From a virus (Duplodnaviria > Caudoviricetes): 52,162 nucleotides of DNA. How positions within the stretch are numbered: position 1 is the first letter of the stretch; each line of letters begins with the position of its first letter. A program made the position numbers and the translations under genes. The stretch is taken from positions 1 through 52,162 of IMG/VR virus record IMGVR_UViG_3300006734_000001. One strand, given 5' to 3'. Of this stretch, positions 34,762 to 45,368 are shown piece by piece. The notes below the pieces were generated by a model. It did not search any database and was not told the DNA's origin. It worked only from the letters and a program-made list of their open reading frames with translations.

Positions 34762-36618
34762 ATGGGAAACTGCTCCTCCACATCGAACTGCAATCCTTGC
34801 GGGCCAAACTATTCCGCGATCAACCAGCTTGCCACAAAGGCAGGAGCATACGCCCGCCAAGCCAATAGCTACTCGGTGGACGCACAGAACGCTTGGCTTG
34901 AGTTTAACGCTCTTTACCTCGGAGCATTCGCAGTAGCACCCACGGTAGACAACGAAGGTGATCCGCTTCAAGAGGGTGCGTTGTATTGGAATACGGGAAC
35001 AAATCTTCTTTACGCATGGGATGGAAGCGTGTGGGTTGTTGCCACAAACTTCAACGAGTTTACTCCGTTTCTAGCGATTGGGACCACATTTGCAAGGAAC
35101 CTTTTTACTCGGGAAGCTGATGTAGTTAATGTGAAAGACTTCGGCGCAGTTGGTGACGGAGTTACGGATGATACTGCGGCATTTAGTGCTGCGGCCATAG
35201 CAGCCCAAGCTGGCAATCCGCAAGGCCTGCAAAGGCCGGGCATTCTTTTCTGTGATTGGTCTATAGTTTATGTTCCCTCTGGCAATTATCTTCTTTCATC
35301 CTTTGTTGATACAGGCAATAAAGAAATTGTCTGGGATACGCATGTCGATGCATCAATCATAAATCCTCAAAATCTCAATGGAAGACTATGGAGGGCAGGG
35401 AGTAAAACGACTGACTTTCATCATGGCATCTTGGATTATGCTACCTCTTTTTCAATTACAGCAAATCGAAATGCAGATGAATTAGCGCAAGTTTCTGGAT
35501 TTACAAATCCAAACCAATTATCTAGAGGCAATGGAAGGGATTCAGTAACTTGTTATCTTGGGAATCAACTCCCAAGTGCGTTTTATGGAGACGCAAGCGT
35601 TGCATCGTATTCCGCTTCGGGAGCAATTCTTTCTACTCCATTAAACACAAATCAATTAAATAGGCTTCGGCGAGGCATGATTGTTCAAACAAGACATTCT
35701 CCGCAGCCATATGCAGGAATGTTGGATTCATGGGCATCTGACGGAACAAGCATTACAGTTCAAGGATGGTATCTAGTAGATGGGTCGCCGTCCGGCTCAC
35801 CAACAACTCCGACAGGAACAAATGGACTGGATATAAATATATTCCGCAAGTCATGGGCATTAAACGCAAATACATTTATTGATGCCAATTCTTATGGGAA
35901 TGCAATAAATTGCGTTGAGTTTGGAGTTAGGAATGACAAAGGTGAGCCAACTTCTAGAGCTGGAAGTATCGAATCAAATGGCGTTTACTCTGTCGCGCTC
36001 GACTCAGGCTCTAGTTTTTACAATGATGCATCATTTATTACTGGAGGTAAATGGACATATGGATACCTTGCGAGAAGCGGATGCACTCATGCATTTTATT
36101 ATGACGGATCATCAGGAAATCAGTCTGGAGAGCCGTTTAGTTCCTTGATATATGGAATCAATAATTCAGGAATTCGATTTTTCCAAGTCAAGCAAGATGG
36201 CGCTGTCGAAATTGGACTTCGTGGTAGCGGTGTAGCAACGCCTGCAACAATTGACTTTCATTCAGGAGCAACAGATTCAGACTACGACTCAAGAATTAGT
36301 TCTGGCGGGGGAACGGGATCACCGCTTGGCGGAAGTCTGAATTACCAAGCACTTGAACATATTTTCCAAGGAACACCTAGACCAAATGCAGATATTTTAG
36401 TGAATTTTGGAAGGATAGACAGGCGATGGCTTGTTGGCTATTTCAAAGAACTCCGCCCCGGCGATGGAAATGTTAGATGGACATCAGGAACAGGGTCGCC
36501 TGAAGGGGCTTTGACTGCTCCAGTTGGCTCAATATATACAGATACTAGCGGAGGTGTAGGCACAACTTTATATGTAAAAGAATCTGGAGTTGGGAATACA
36601 GGATGGGTTGCTAAATAA
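34762..36618 (+). CDS. Tail spike/fibre (pectate-lyase-like N-terminal motif)
   Basis: VNVKDFGAVGDGVTDDTAA; C-terminal GSPEGALTAPVGSIY...YVKESG..TGW. Confidence 0.8.
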   Translation: MGNCSSTSNCNPCGPNYSAINQLATKAGAYARQANSYSVDAQNAWLEFNALYLGAFAVAPTVDNEGDPLQEGALYWNTGTNLLYAWDGSVWVVATNFNEFTPFLAIGTTFARNLFTREADVVNVKDFGAVGDGVTDDTAAFSAAAIAAQAGNPQGLQRPGILFCDWSIVYVPSGNYLLSSFVDTGNKEIVWDTHVDASIINPQNLNGRLWRAGSKTTDFHHGILDYATSFSITANRNADELAQVSGFTNPNQLSRGNGRDSVTCYLGNQLPSAFYGDASVASYSASGAILSTPLNTNQLNRLRRGMIVQTRHSPQPYAGMLDSWASDGTSITVQGWYLVDGSPSGSPTTPTGTNGLDINIFRKSWALNANTFIDANSYGNAINCVEFGVRNDKGEPTSRAGSIESNGVYSVALDSGSSFYNDASFITGGKWTYGYLARSGCTHAFYYDGSSGNQSGEPFSSLIYGINNSGIRFFQVKQDGAVEIGLRGSGVATPATIDFHSGATDSDYDSRISSGGGTGSPLGGSLNYQALEHIFQGTPRPNADILVNFGRIDRRWLVGYFKELRPGDGNVRWTSGTGSPEGALTAPVGSIYTDTSGGVGTTLYVKESGVGNTGWVAK

Positions 36619-36648
36619 TTCCAACAGAAGGGTCAGTATTTGATAATT

Positions 36649-36822
36649 ATGAAACTAGAATTCAACGAGCAGCAATTATCTATCCTCAACGCAGCCCTTG
36701 TGGAGCTTCCGTTCCGTGTGGCCGCACCAGTCATCCAACATATCAACAACCAAATCGCGGAGCAACGCGCATTAGAGTTTGACGCTCGCCGCGAAGCAGC
36801 CGAGAATCACCCACAAGTATGA
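36649..36822 (+). CDS. Small tail-associated protein
   Basis: ALVELPFRVAAPVI motif typical of genes after fibres. Confidence 0.7.
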   Translation: MKLEFNEQQLSILNAALVELPFRVAAPVIQHINNQIAEQRALEFDARREAAENHPQV

Positions 36823-38582
36823 GTAATTGTATCCCATGCCCGCCTTGCGAAGGCGACGAACCGCTCGTCTGCGAGCCATACGGAACCGTAACCACAGGCA
36901 ACCGCATTCTAGTGGAAGACGATGCGTTCTGCACAAAGACGCTGACCAACCCGTCTGTTCCAGCAACATTGGTATGGGACAATGGGATCAAGTGGGAATC
37001 GCCGGGGAATATCGGGTTCGATGAGTTTACTGATTACACGGCTACAGGAACAACCGAAGCTAGGAATCTTGTAACGAGGTCATCCGACTACATCAATGTG
37101 CTGGATTTCGGGGCAGACCAAACCGGAACCGCAGATAGTTCCCCAGCCTTCCAAGCGGCAGTCAACGCTTGCGGGACATCTGGGGTTGTTAATATTCCGA
37201 GAGGCATATATCGCTTGAATTCAAATGTGTCGTCCGGCTCAAAAGCAATATCATTCAACATTGATACTGATGTGACCTTTACTGGCGGAGGTCAAATTTT
37301 GGACCCGGCGCTATATGGATACTTCTACAATGGGAATATCCAAGACAGTCCGACATCGCGCATTGTTGGAACGAGTTCCTCCCCAGTAAATAATTCCGCA
37401 GCCTCTGGGGCATTTACGAAGCATTCCAGCCTTGGGGCATCCGGCACATTCCAAAACCCGGCATTGTTTGCGGTTGGATACAAATACAGCACGGCAGTCA
37501 CATCCCGCGTGCAAGGCATCTATGCAGAGGCAATTGACAAAGCTGGTGCATTTGGAACCTTTGTCGAAGGCGGAAGGTTCTCTGGAATCGTTGACTCTGG
37601 ATACAATAATAGGGGAGACGCCTATGGAATTATTGCGTATGCCCAAGCTGGAACCTCTCCGGCAGACACTCCTAATGGTTCTTACTGCATTGCGGCGGAG
37701 GGTGAAATTCAATGGTGGCACCAAACCCCAAGGCCAGCGATTAGGAGCCTAAACCCAAATAATTTCTCAAGTGCCTTTGTTGCAACCAATAGGACTATTG
37801 GAAGCACAGAGGGTGACGCAGCGTTCATGGTCAACCCATTCACGGATGTTGGGTGGAAGGCTGGCTTTATCGTTCCCGATAGCGTGGGGGCGGCTCAAGT
37901 GACCGATGCAGCTTTCGGATGCTACCAGCAGAATATTGCTTATGGGTTGGATTTGGCGAAGGGATCGTATTCATTCGCCGCCATCTCGATTCCAAACAAT
38001 ACCGCGATCCGCGCATACAACGCCGCCGGGACATCGGAAGAAAACATTCTTACACTCAATGGGATTGATGTTCTGTCGGTTGGCATTGATACGAATGTTG
38101 CCCATGTCCAAACTAAAAACCTATTACCATCCGCCGGGAACACATGGTTGCTTGGATCAAATCCAGCCCCATGGCAGAACATCTATTCAAACAACCCGCT
38201 CAATGTGGTGTCGGATGCAAGGCTGAAGAAAGACATTGAGGACTGCGATCTTGGATTGGACTTCATCAAGGAACTTCGCCCGGTCAGCTACAAGTTCATT
38301 GAGGGCAGCAAGAATGCCGTCAAGTTTGAGAACGGTGAAGTTACTGAAACCGAATCCATCCCCGGCGTCCGCACGCATTATGGCTTGCTTGCTCAAGATG
38401 TGAGGGATGTTCTAGGTAAGTTCAACTTGGATGGCAATAGCTTTGCTGGATGGAACTTGGCAGACAAGGATGATCCGGAGAGCGCCCAGTCGTTGCGCTA
38501 CGAGTCATTTATCTCGCCAATGATTATGGCTATCCAAGAGATTGCACAGAAGGTTGAGGAAATTGAAGCTAAACTCAACTAA
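36819..38582 (+). CDS. Tail spike with C-terminal intramolecular chaperone (peptidase S74)
   Basis: INVLDFGAD..G..DS..AFQAA; SDARLKKDI...LRPVSY...GLLAQDV...LRYE. Confidence 0.85.
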   Translation: MSNCIPCPPCEGDEPLVCEPYGTVTTGNRILVEDDAFCTKTLTNPSVPATLVWDNGIKWESPGNIGFDEFTDYTATGTTEARNLVTRSSDYINVLDFGADQTGTADSSPAFQAAVNACGTSGVVNIPRGIYRLNSNVSSGSKAISFNIDTDVTFTGGGQILDPALYGYFYNGNIQDSPTSRIVGTSSSPVNNSAASGAFTKHSSLGASGTFQNPALFAVGYKYSTAVTSRVQGIYAEAIDKAGAFGTFVEGGRFSGIVDSGYNNRGDAYGIIAYAQAGTSPADTPNGSYCIAAEGEIQWWHQTPRPAIRSLNPNNFSSAFVATNRTIGSTEGDAAFMVNPFTDVGWKAGFIVPDSVGAAQVTDAAFGCYQQNIAYGLDLAKGSYSFAAISIPNNTAIRAYNAAGTSEENILTLNGIDVLSVGIDTNVAHVQTKNLLPSAGNTWLLGSNPAPWQNIYSNNPLNVVSDARLKKDIEDCDLGLDFIKELRPVSYKFIEGSKNAVKFENGEVTETESIPGVRTHYGLLAQDVRDVLGKFNLDGNSFAGWNLADKDDPESAQSLRYESFISPMIMAIQEIAQKVEEIEAKLN

Positions 38583-40441
38583 TGCCAACAGAAGGATCAG
38601 TATTTGATGGATTTAATAGTATCGTAGCCCAAGACGCCGATACTCATCCTTCTTATCTGCCAGAGTTCTATGTAGCCGAGTCGGTGAATCGGACCTTCCG
38701 GGGAGGGATCAACCGCACTAGACCAGCTATTAGGTGGCTGGAGCTTTACCCCGGCGAGGAGGAATCACCGACTATCGTTGACGATATTCAGAACGGGAAC
38801 TTCCAAGGGAGCTATCCATATCGGGCGACCAACTACGAGACGAGCGACGGGCTACTCTTGTCGGTATCCGGAGTGATCTACTTCATCCGCATCGTGAACA
38901 ATGTCGGGTATTGCTACGAGATACCAAGGGATGGAACTACCTTCACTACTTGGAACGACCCGAGCCTGATGCACACATGGTTCGTGCAGGCCGAGGATCG
39001 GGTCTACATCCAGAACGGGTATCAGGCGGCTATTGCATGGGATGGGAATATCAATAGCCCAGCGAAGAGGCTGAACCCATTCTTGCAGCAGATGCCAATC
39101 GGCACGCTGATGGAATATGCCTTTGGGCGGGTGTTTGTGAGCGACCGCTTCAACCAAATCTACGCATCGGACATCATCTTCGGCAACGGGTTTACCGATA
39201 CTAGTAATACTGAAAACTTCACGGAGATTACCTATTGGGCAGAGGGCGGAGCATTCGCCACTCCAAGCACGATGGGGAACATCACGGCAATGAAAGTGAT
39301 GCCATACATCGGCGGCAACCTGCGCGGGCAGGGAGAGCTAGTCGTGCTCACAGAGAACGGAGCCTTCTCGATGGATGTGGGCCTTCCCCGCTCAGTCTGG
39401 AACAGCACACAAGTCCAGCGCATCTCGCTGCTGGGTCGGGGCTGCACTAGCCCATATGTGGCATTAGCGAATAGTGAATTGTGGTTCCGCTCCCACGATG
39501 GTTGGGCATTCTACTCCAACAGCCAATCCGAATTCGGGCGATACTTCTCAATGAGGAAGCTCTCTAGGGAGGTGAATAAATGGGTTGGCAGAGATACGCC
39601 TTGGCTGCGTCAGTTTGCAAGCACGATGTTCTTCGACAACTATCTGATCAGCACAGTAGCCCCAGAGACGCAGAGAACCGACGCCCCCGGCTTGAACCGC
39701 TACCATAGGGGAATGGTCGTGCTGGACCTAGACAACTCCTCAAGCCCCGCGCCGGATGCCAACCTCTCTTTCCGCTGGAATGGGGTGTGGTCAGGCGTCC
39801 GACCAACCCAATGCCTCGCCGCCCAGATCAACAGCGATAAGAGGGGATTCATCTGGAGCTTCGATCAAGACGCCAAGAATAGACTCTACGAGATCACCAC
39901 AAACAACCAAGACGATTACGGTCCAGCGGGAACCTCGCCGATCAAGAGCTTCTTCATCTCTGGTAGGTATGACTTCAACCGCAGCGGGGCTACCAACAAG
40001 TTCCAAAGGAAGAAGCTGACCGGAGGAGAGATGTGGATGAGTGAGATACCCGGCACGGTGGGTAGCCAAGTCGAATATCGGAGCGATTCGTATCCATGCT
40101 GGTCGGAATTAAAGGTTCCAACAGAATACGGATGCAATCCCTGTGTCCCGCAGGTGGAATCATGCACCCCGCTCCGTAGTGGTAATCGCTACAAACGCTA
40201 CAAGTTCACCACCCCAAATCCCCAAGAATGCAATGATATCGCGGGAATCCCATCGGTGGAGGGAAGCGAGTTCCAACTGAAGGTAAACTTGGAAGGAACC
40301 GCCACAGTAGACCGGGTGAGGATCATGGCGAACATCAAGGATGGGGCCATGAATACGGTGGGAGACTGCCCCGAAGATGATGAAGAGTGCAGCAAATTTC
40401 TCTGTTGCCAAGAAAGATATTACGATTATTCTATAACTTAA
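38582..40441 (+). CDS. Tail tubular/stabilization protein (P22 gp10/T7 gp12-like)
   Basis: 619 aa, beta-propeller-like; podoviral position. Confidence 0.6.
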   Translation: MPTEGSVFDGFNSIVAQDADTHPSYLPEFYVAESVNRTFRGGINRTRPAIRWLELYPGEEESPTIVDDIQNGNFQGSYPYRATNYETSDGLLLSVSGVIYFIRIVNNVGYCYEIPRDGTTFTTWNDPSLMHTWFVQAEDRVYIQNGYQAAIAWDGNINSPAKRLNPFLQQMPIGTLMEYAFGRVFVSDRFNQIYASDIIFGNGFTDTSNTENFTEITYWAEGGAFATPSTMGNITAMKVMPYIGGNLRGQGELVVLTENGAFSMDVGLPRSVWNSTQVQRISLLGRGCTSPYVALANSELWFRSHDGWAFYSNSQSEFGRYFSMRKLSREVNKWVGRDTPWLRQFASTMFFDNYLISTVAPETQRTDAPGLNRYHRGMVVLDLDNSSSPAPDANLSFRWNGVWSGVRPTQCLAAQINSDKRGFIWSFDQDAKNRLYEITTNNQDDYGPAGTSPIKSFFISGRYDFNRSGATNKFQRKKLTGGEMWMSEIPGTVGSQVEYRSDSYPCWSELKVPTEYGCNPCVPQVESCTPLRSGNRYKRYKFTTPNPQECNDIAGIPSVEGSEFQLKVNLEGTATVDRVRIMANIKDGAMNTVGDCPEDDEECSKFLCCQERYYDYSIT

Positions 40442-40939
40442 ATGGACAATCAGCAAAGCAGTCCTCAAATTATCTTTCCCAATGTCCCAAGCGACTTCTG
40501 TCCTACTGGGGATTGGAGCCAAGTGCTTCAGCAGTTTATTGATACGGTGCTTGCCAATGGCACGATCAATGTGCCGGGGCTTGGCGATGTCACGCCCGCC
40601 GAGATTACCGAAATCAACAACCAACTTTCCTCTCAACAGCTTGAGATTGATGCGCTTGATACACGGGTGGATGCACTGGAGGCCATCCCCGTTGTCACGG
40701 CAAGGACCGGAACAGTATCGGTCCCCGCTGGAAATAGCACATTGAACATTACTTTCACGGCACTCCCCGGCACAGATTACGGAGTATCAATTATTCCTGT
40801 AGGAACCTCGACAAGTCGTGCTACTATGGGAAGCTATGTATTGCAAGCAGGCCAAACGACCACAGGATTCACGCTTCTTGTGGAAGACAACCCTGCCACA
40901 GTAACCACTCTGCGGTGGACAGCAATTCACACCGCCTAA
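40442..40939 (+). CDS. Tail protein (coiled coil + beta tip)
   Basis: IDALDTRVDALE followed by ITFTA...TTTGFT...WTAI. Confidence 0.65.
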   Translation: MDNQQSSPQIIFPNVPSDFCPTGDWSQVLQQFIDTVLANGTINVPGLGDVTPAEITEINNQLSSQQLEIDALDTRVDALEAIPVVTARTGTVSVPAGNSTLNITFTALPGTDYGVSIIPVGTSTSRATMGSYVLQAGQTTTGFTLLVEDNPATVTTLRWTAIHTA

Positions 40940-40965
40940 ACCACAAAACCAGAAAAACCAAAACT

Positions 40966-41121
40966 ATGTTAAAAGGAACAGACCCCAAGTTGATGAGCGG
41001 TGGTGCCCCCACTCGCGGCAAAATCCAAGAAGGCATGGGCAACAAACCCAACCTCGGCACCAAAACGGCTACTGCCTACTCTGCCAAGCCTCTTCCCACG
41101 GTCGGGAAGATGATGAAGTAA
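40966..41121 (+). CDS. Small basic protein
   Basis: A-rich leader; MLKGTDPKLM... Confidence 0.6.
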   Translation: MLKGTDPKLMSGGAPTRGKIQEGMGNKPNLGTKTATAYSAKPLPTVGKMMK

Positions 41122-41136
41122 CTATCGTCAACGATA

Positions 41137-42099
41137 ATGCCCCTCACCCTTGAACAGATGGTCGAGGAAGTGAAGGGTGCGGTTGGCGATAGTGGCACTT
41201 GCAGCTACGACTTAGCCAAGACCTACATCAATCGCGCTCGACGCCTCCTTTGGGACAAGCGAGAGTGGAATGCGACCAGCGAATATGTGTGTATTTGCTG
41301 CGTTGAGTGCTGCTTCACGCTACCCCCGCGCTATAGCCAGATACGGGCGGCATGGGTGAACAACGACGCGGCGAGCTTGTCGGATGAGTGGTATAACCTG
41401 ACACCGAATGCCAAGTTCGTGTGGCAGAATAGTTGCCATAGGCAGATCATCGAGGTGGGTGGGAAGCATGTTGTCTTCCGCGATTACAGGACTCGCCCCT
41501 ACCAGATCGCCGTGCTGGCGGAGAACATCGAGGATGTAGGGGTGGAGATTAGCTTTGAAGCCTACGACGAGTATGGTAGCTACAACCAAGACACGGTAAC
41601 AACTGTAGCAAGCCCCGACCTCGCCAAGACGGAGCGCACCTATACTGGAATCAGGGCAGTTAGCAAGCCCAAGACCAAGGGTAGGATCAGAGTGTATGCC
41701 TACGATCCTGTGCTGGAGATCAGCACGCTTATCTCGATCTACCAACCGCAGGACTCCAACCCAAGCTGGCGTCGATTCAAAGCACCGAAGGGGTGTAATT
41801 GCATTACACTCTATGCATCCAAGACATACGCCGATCTGGATGATCCTAATGAGCTAGTCGAGTTCACGCCGGAAGCCATGTATTTCGCGGTTCTGGCGAT
41901 TAACTCCAAGGAAAACCGCAAAGGTAATGAGTATCTAGGCAATCTCGGGCTGGCTATCGCGGAGGAGGAGAAGGCTATGGAGAGCGACGAGATTCCCACA
42001 GCGAGCCCGCCGAGGTTCATCGACTACCGCAGGCCGGACAACCTGATCCACGATACCTTCGTCTCCCCAAGAACGAATGATTACTTCTATTGGCCATGA
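41137..42099 (+). CDS. Head-tail adaptor/tail tubular protein A-like
   Basis: TLEQM...YINRARRLL...FTLP architecture; position. Confidence 0.6.
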   Translation: MPLTLEQMVEEVKGAVGDSGTCSYDLAKTYINRARRLLWDKREWNATSEYVCICCVECCFTLPPRYSQIRAAWVNNDAASLSDEWYNLTPNAKFVWQNSCHRQIIEVGGKHVVFRDYRTRPYQIAVLAENIEDVGVEISFEAYDEYGSYNQDTVTTVASPDLAKTERTYTGIRAVSKPKTKGRIRVYAYDPVLEISTLISIYQPQDSNPSWRRFKAPKGCNCITLYASKTYADLDDPNELVEFTPEAMYFAVLAINSKENRKGNEYLGNLGLAIAEEEKAMESDEIPTASPPRFIDYRRPDNLIHDTFVSPRTNDYFYWP

Positions 42100-42593
42100 C
42101 AATAACACTACAAAACAAGATCGACGCATTGAGCGTGGAAGGATTCGGAGACCCCGATGACTTCTTGAATCAATGCGATGTCGAGATTCTGAAGATGCCG
42201 CCGAGGGAATGTCCGGTGACGCACAGGTTCACGCCGGGGCTTTACATTCGGGAAATCTTCATGCCGAAGAATACGATTCTTACTAGCCTACTCCATCTTA
42301 CCACCCATCCCTACTTCATCATGCAGGGAGAATTATCGGTGTGGCACAAGGGAATCCAGATTCAAAGGATCAAAGCTCCCTACACGGGTATCACGGAGGC
42401 TGGGACGCGGAGGCTCTTATTCATCCACGAAGATACTATTTGGACAACCTGCCATGTTACTGATTTAACTGATCCGGATGAGATCATCGAGTCGATTACT
42501 TCAAATGACTTCAATCCTTTAGTGGACAAAACCACTCCCCGACTTAATAGTTGGAGATACAACCGCAACCAAATTAAGGATTCGCAATGCTAG
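42096..42593 (+). CDS. Cupin-fold phage protein
   Basis: HRFTPGLYIREIFMPK...H...GTRR...HEDTIWTTCH. Confidence 0.75.
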   Translation: MTITLQNKIDALSVEGFGDPDDFLNQCDVEILKMPPRECPVTHRFTPGLYIREIFMPKNTILTSLLHLTTHPYFIMQGELSVWHKGIQIQRIKAPYTGITEAGTRRLLFIHEDTIWTTCHVTDLTDPDEIIESITSNDFNPLVDKTTPRLNSWRYNRNQIKDSQC

Positions 42594-43681
42594 ACTCATT
42601 TATCGAAGACCGCTATAGCAAGAGAAGCAGGCCAATTTTCCATAGCTCTGGGTTTGCCATTGCTGCTGGTGTGGTGGGAGTAGCTGCTGCGGGAGCGGGC
42701 GCGGCTGTCAGTATGAGTGCGGCGGATAGGGCGGCAAAATCACAAGCAGCAGCGGGTCGAGCTTATGAAAGAAGGCTAAAAGAATCTGGATCAAAATACG
42801 AGAGATCGGTTAGAAGGTTCAATCGCCAGCAAAAGGAGTTGAGGAAGCAGGTTGAAGCGATTGATCCTACAATCAACATCCCTCAATATGATTTGCGGGG
42901 TGCCACGTTGGAGGGCATCGAGACGGCCAACCAGATTACCGCAAATACTCTTCAGCAATTGGAGAAAGTCGCCCCCGGCAGCACCGAAGCTAGGCAGCAG
43001 GTTGGTAGTATCATTGGAAGCTATCTGAGGGGAGAGGTTCCGCAAGATGTGCAGGAGCAGACCATGCGGATGATTGCCGAGCGAGGTGGGGCAGGATTTA
43101 ATATTGCTACGGCAGGCAGGGGGATGGGACCGCAAGCGCCTCAAGCCGATCTCGCCAGAAGCCTTGGTCTTACTTCCTTGCAGTTGCAGCAGACAGGCAT
43201 CAACGCAGCGCAGAGTTGGCAGCAGATGGCCGGTCAATTCATCCAGTCTCCCACCCAAATGATGGCACTCGGCCTGCAAGGTCGCGGCCAAGATATAACT
43301 GTCGCTCAAGCCAACATCGCCAATAGGTTTAGGCAGCTTGGCATGATTGGCGATATCAATGCCCAGCAACTTGGCGCTATGCGGGAATTGTATGGTATGG
43401 AGGCTGGGCAAGCGCAGACTGGCTACCAAGTCGGGCAGCAGAATATCGCATCGAATCTCGCAGCCCAGCAGGCTATTGGGCAAGGTATCCAGTCCATTGG
43501 CAGCGCAGCATCCGGGGCGTTGATGGGTGTTGGAGGCGCGTATGGGCAGTTGGCTGCCGCGCAAGCTGCTGCCCCTGTTCCGGGTCAATTAACCACAGGA
43601 TTTGAGGGTCAAAAATATATGCCAGCAACAACCTCAACTGGATCGGAATACTACACGCTCGCTCCAAAAGTATACCAATAA
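42587..43681 (+). CDS. Putative DNA ejection/internal virion protein
   Basis: Ala/Gly/Gln-rich with a hydrophobic N-terminal segment. Confidence 0.6.
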   Translation: MLDSFIEDRYSKRSRPIFHSSGFAIAAGVVGVAAAGAGAAVSMSAADRAAKSQAAAGRAYERRLKESGSKYERSVRRFNRQQKELRKQVEAIDPTINIPQYDLRGATLEGIETANQITANTLQQLEKVAPGSTEARQQVGSIIGSYLRGEVPQDVQEQTMRMIAERGGAGFNIATAGRGMGPQAPQADLARSLGLTSLQLQQTGINAAQSWQQMAGQFIQSPTQMMALGLQGRGQDITVAQANIANRFRQLGMIGDINAQQLGAMRELYGMEAGQAQTGYQVGQQNIASNLAAQQAIGQGIQSIGSAASGALMGVGGAYGQLAAAQAAAPVPGQLTTGFEGQKYMPATTSTGSEYYTLAPKVYQ

Positions 43682-43687
43682 ACTACC

Positions 43688-45361
43688 ATGGCAATACCAG
43701 CAATGATCTCAAAATTCGGGCAGCAGCAAGTTGATTACGGTGCTGCTATTGGCGCATCGCTTGCACAACTCGGCCAGCAGGTTGGGCGGCAACTTGCCAT
43801 GCAGGAATATCGCAAGCAAGCCGCCGCCGAACTACCATTCATGCAGGAAGCCATGAAGGGTGCCATGAACAAGATCAACGCTGGCGATGTATCTGGCGGG
43901 TATATGGAAGCAATGATGGCGCTTCCGCTGGGTAGCCAGAATCCTATTGTGGCATCGGCTGCGGAGAATTATTTCAATGGATTGCAGCAGGCGGCGGAGT
44001 TCAAGCAAAGCTCTCTATGGAATCAATTGCAGCGCGAGCAGATGATGGGGCGTGGGGGGGGAGTAGATTTTGAAACAGAGGTGGTCTACGAAACGCCCAC
44101 AGCAGAACAGATGGCCGATCCGAACTACCGCCCAATTGCTAGAATCGTGCCAAAAGCGACAGGTGGAGCCGCACCAATCACGCCAATGGGTGACTTGAGC
44201 TTAAGAGAACAAGCCCTAGAAATAGATAGGCAGACGCCCCTCCCTAGTCTTGATGTTGATTTCACAGAAACATTAGCGGAGACGGATATGGGCGATCAAG
44301 ATGGCGGACGATTTGAATTTGGTTGGAGCTATCAAGAGGGATACCGCCCGACCGCCGACCGGCGCAAATCATTTGAGAAGGAATACAACGACTTCCTCAA
44401 CGCTCCCGTTGAAGAGCAGGAAAAAATAAAGGAACAAGCTCAAGTTCCTCAAGAAAGTGTTCCGGAAGGAAAACAAATGATTCCATTCAGAATGGCGCTC
44501 AATCCGGATATTGTGGGAATTGTTGGGCCGAAAAGCTCTGTTGAAGTAGAGAAGATTACACAGGTGTTCAAGAATGGAAGCCAAGAAGACCGTCGGGATT
44601 TAATAAAGAAAGACCCGCTTGCAGCAACGATCAATGATCTACAGAAGGCTGATAGCATTATTTCAAGCAACAACACATTGCTAAATGTCCATAGGCAGAT
44701 TGACGGCAATTATTCTAGGGTCACAACGGAAAGGGAATTCATATCGGAAGACCCTAAAAATGATCAATTCAAAATCTTTATTGATGGAAGCGAATTGCCG
44801 GATTTAAGAACAGACGCCAATGGAGCGGAGGCTATAGGAATAATGAAAGCCAAAGATGTCGCCGCTCTAACGGGCAAGTATGGTTTCGTCACAGGTCAGC
44901 CCGCCGAAGCCGCAGCGGAAGGTGCGCCACCTCCGACCGCCGCTCCCGGTGCGCCTGCCGCTGCGCCCCCTCTTCCCGCTGCCCCAGACAATCCTTTTGC
45001 CCAGCCCGCAGAGCGGGAGGCCGCTCGTCTTTCGGGGGCTAAAGAAGCCAGAACCAAGGCCCAAAGGGAGAGGGAAATTAGAAGGCTTACACAACAACTT
45101 CAGGCGCTCGCGCCAAGAAAAACGGCGGGCTTAATGGCATTGGAAGCTGGGGCGGAAGGCGAGCCTGCGGCAGGAATGTCGCAGACAGAGCAAGCAGACC
45201 TCAAGCAGGAATATGATCGTCTTTATTGGCGGATTGATAGGCTGAAAGCTATTGATGAAGGCAGGGTATTTGAGACTGAAGCAGAAGCAAGGGCAAGTAA
45301 GAAGTCCTTCAAGAAAGGAACAGTAATTTATATTGCAGGGAAAATGGCAGAAATAGAATAA
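43688..45361 (+). CDS. Putative DNA ejection/internal virion protein
   Basis: Second of three successive ejection-type genes. Confidence 0.6.
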   Translation: MAIPAMISKFGQQQVDYGAAIGASLAQLGQQVGRQLAMQEYRKQAAAELPFMQEAMKGAMNKINAGDVSGGYMEAMMALPLGSQNPIVASAAENYFNGLQQAAEFKQSSLWNQLQREQMMGRGGGVDFETEVVYETPTAEQMADPNYRPIARIVPKATGGAAPITPMGDLSLREQALEIDRQTPLPSLDVDFTETLAETDMGDQDGGRFEFGWSYQEGYRPTADRRKSFEKEYNDFLNAPVEEQEKIKEQAQVPQESVPEGKQMIPFRMALNPDIVGIVGPKSSVEVEKITQVFKNGSQEDRRDLIKKDPLAATINDLQKADSIISSNNTLLNVHRQIDGNYSRVTTEREFISEDPKNDQFKIFIDGSELPDLRTDANGAEAIGIMKAKDVAALTGKYGFVTGQPAEAAAEGAPPPTAAPGAPAAAPPLPAAPDNPFAQPAEREAARLSGAKEARTKAQREREIRRLTQQLQALAPRKTAGLMALEAGAEGEPAAGMSQTEQADLKQEYDRLYWRIDRLKAIDEGRVFETEAEARASKKSFKKGTVIYIAGKMAEIE

Positions 45362-45368
45362 TACGGCC

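Noticed and set aside
31203-37023. Near-matches to the palindrome (TATCGTCAACAATG at 31203, TATCGGGTTCGATG at 37010)
   Set aside because: Mismatches in the arms; excluded from the count of 21
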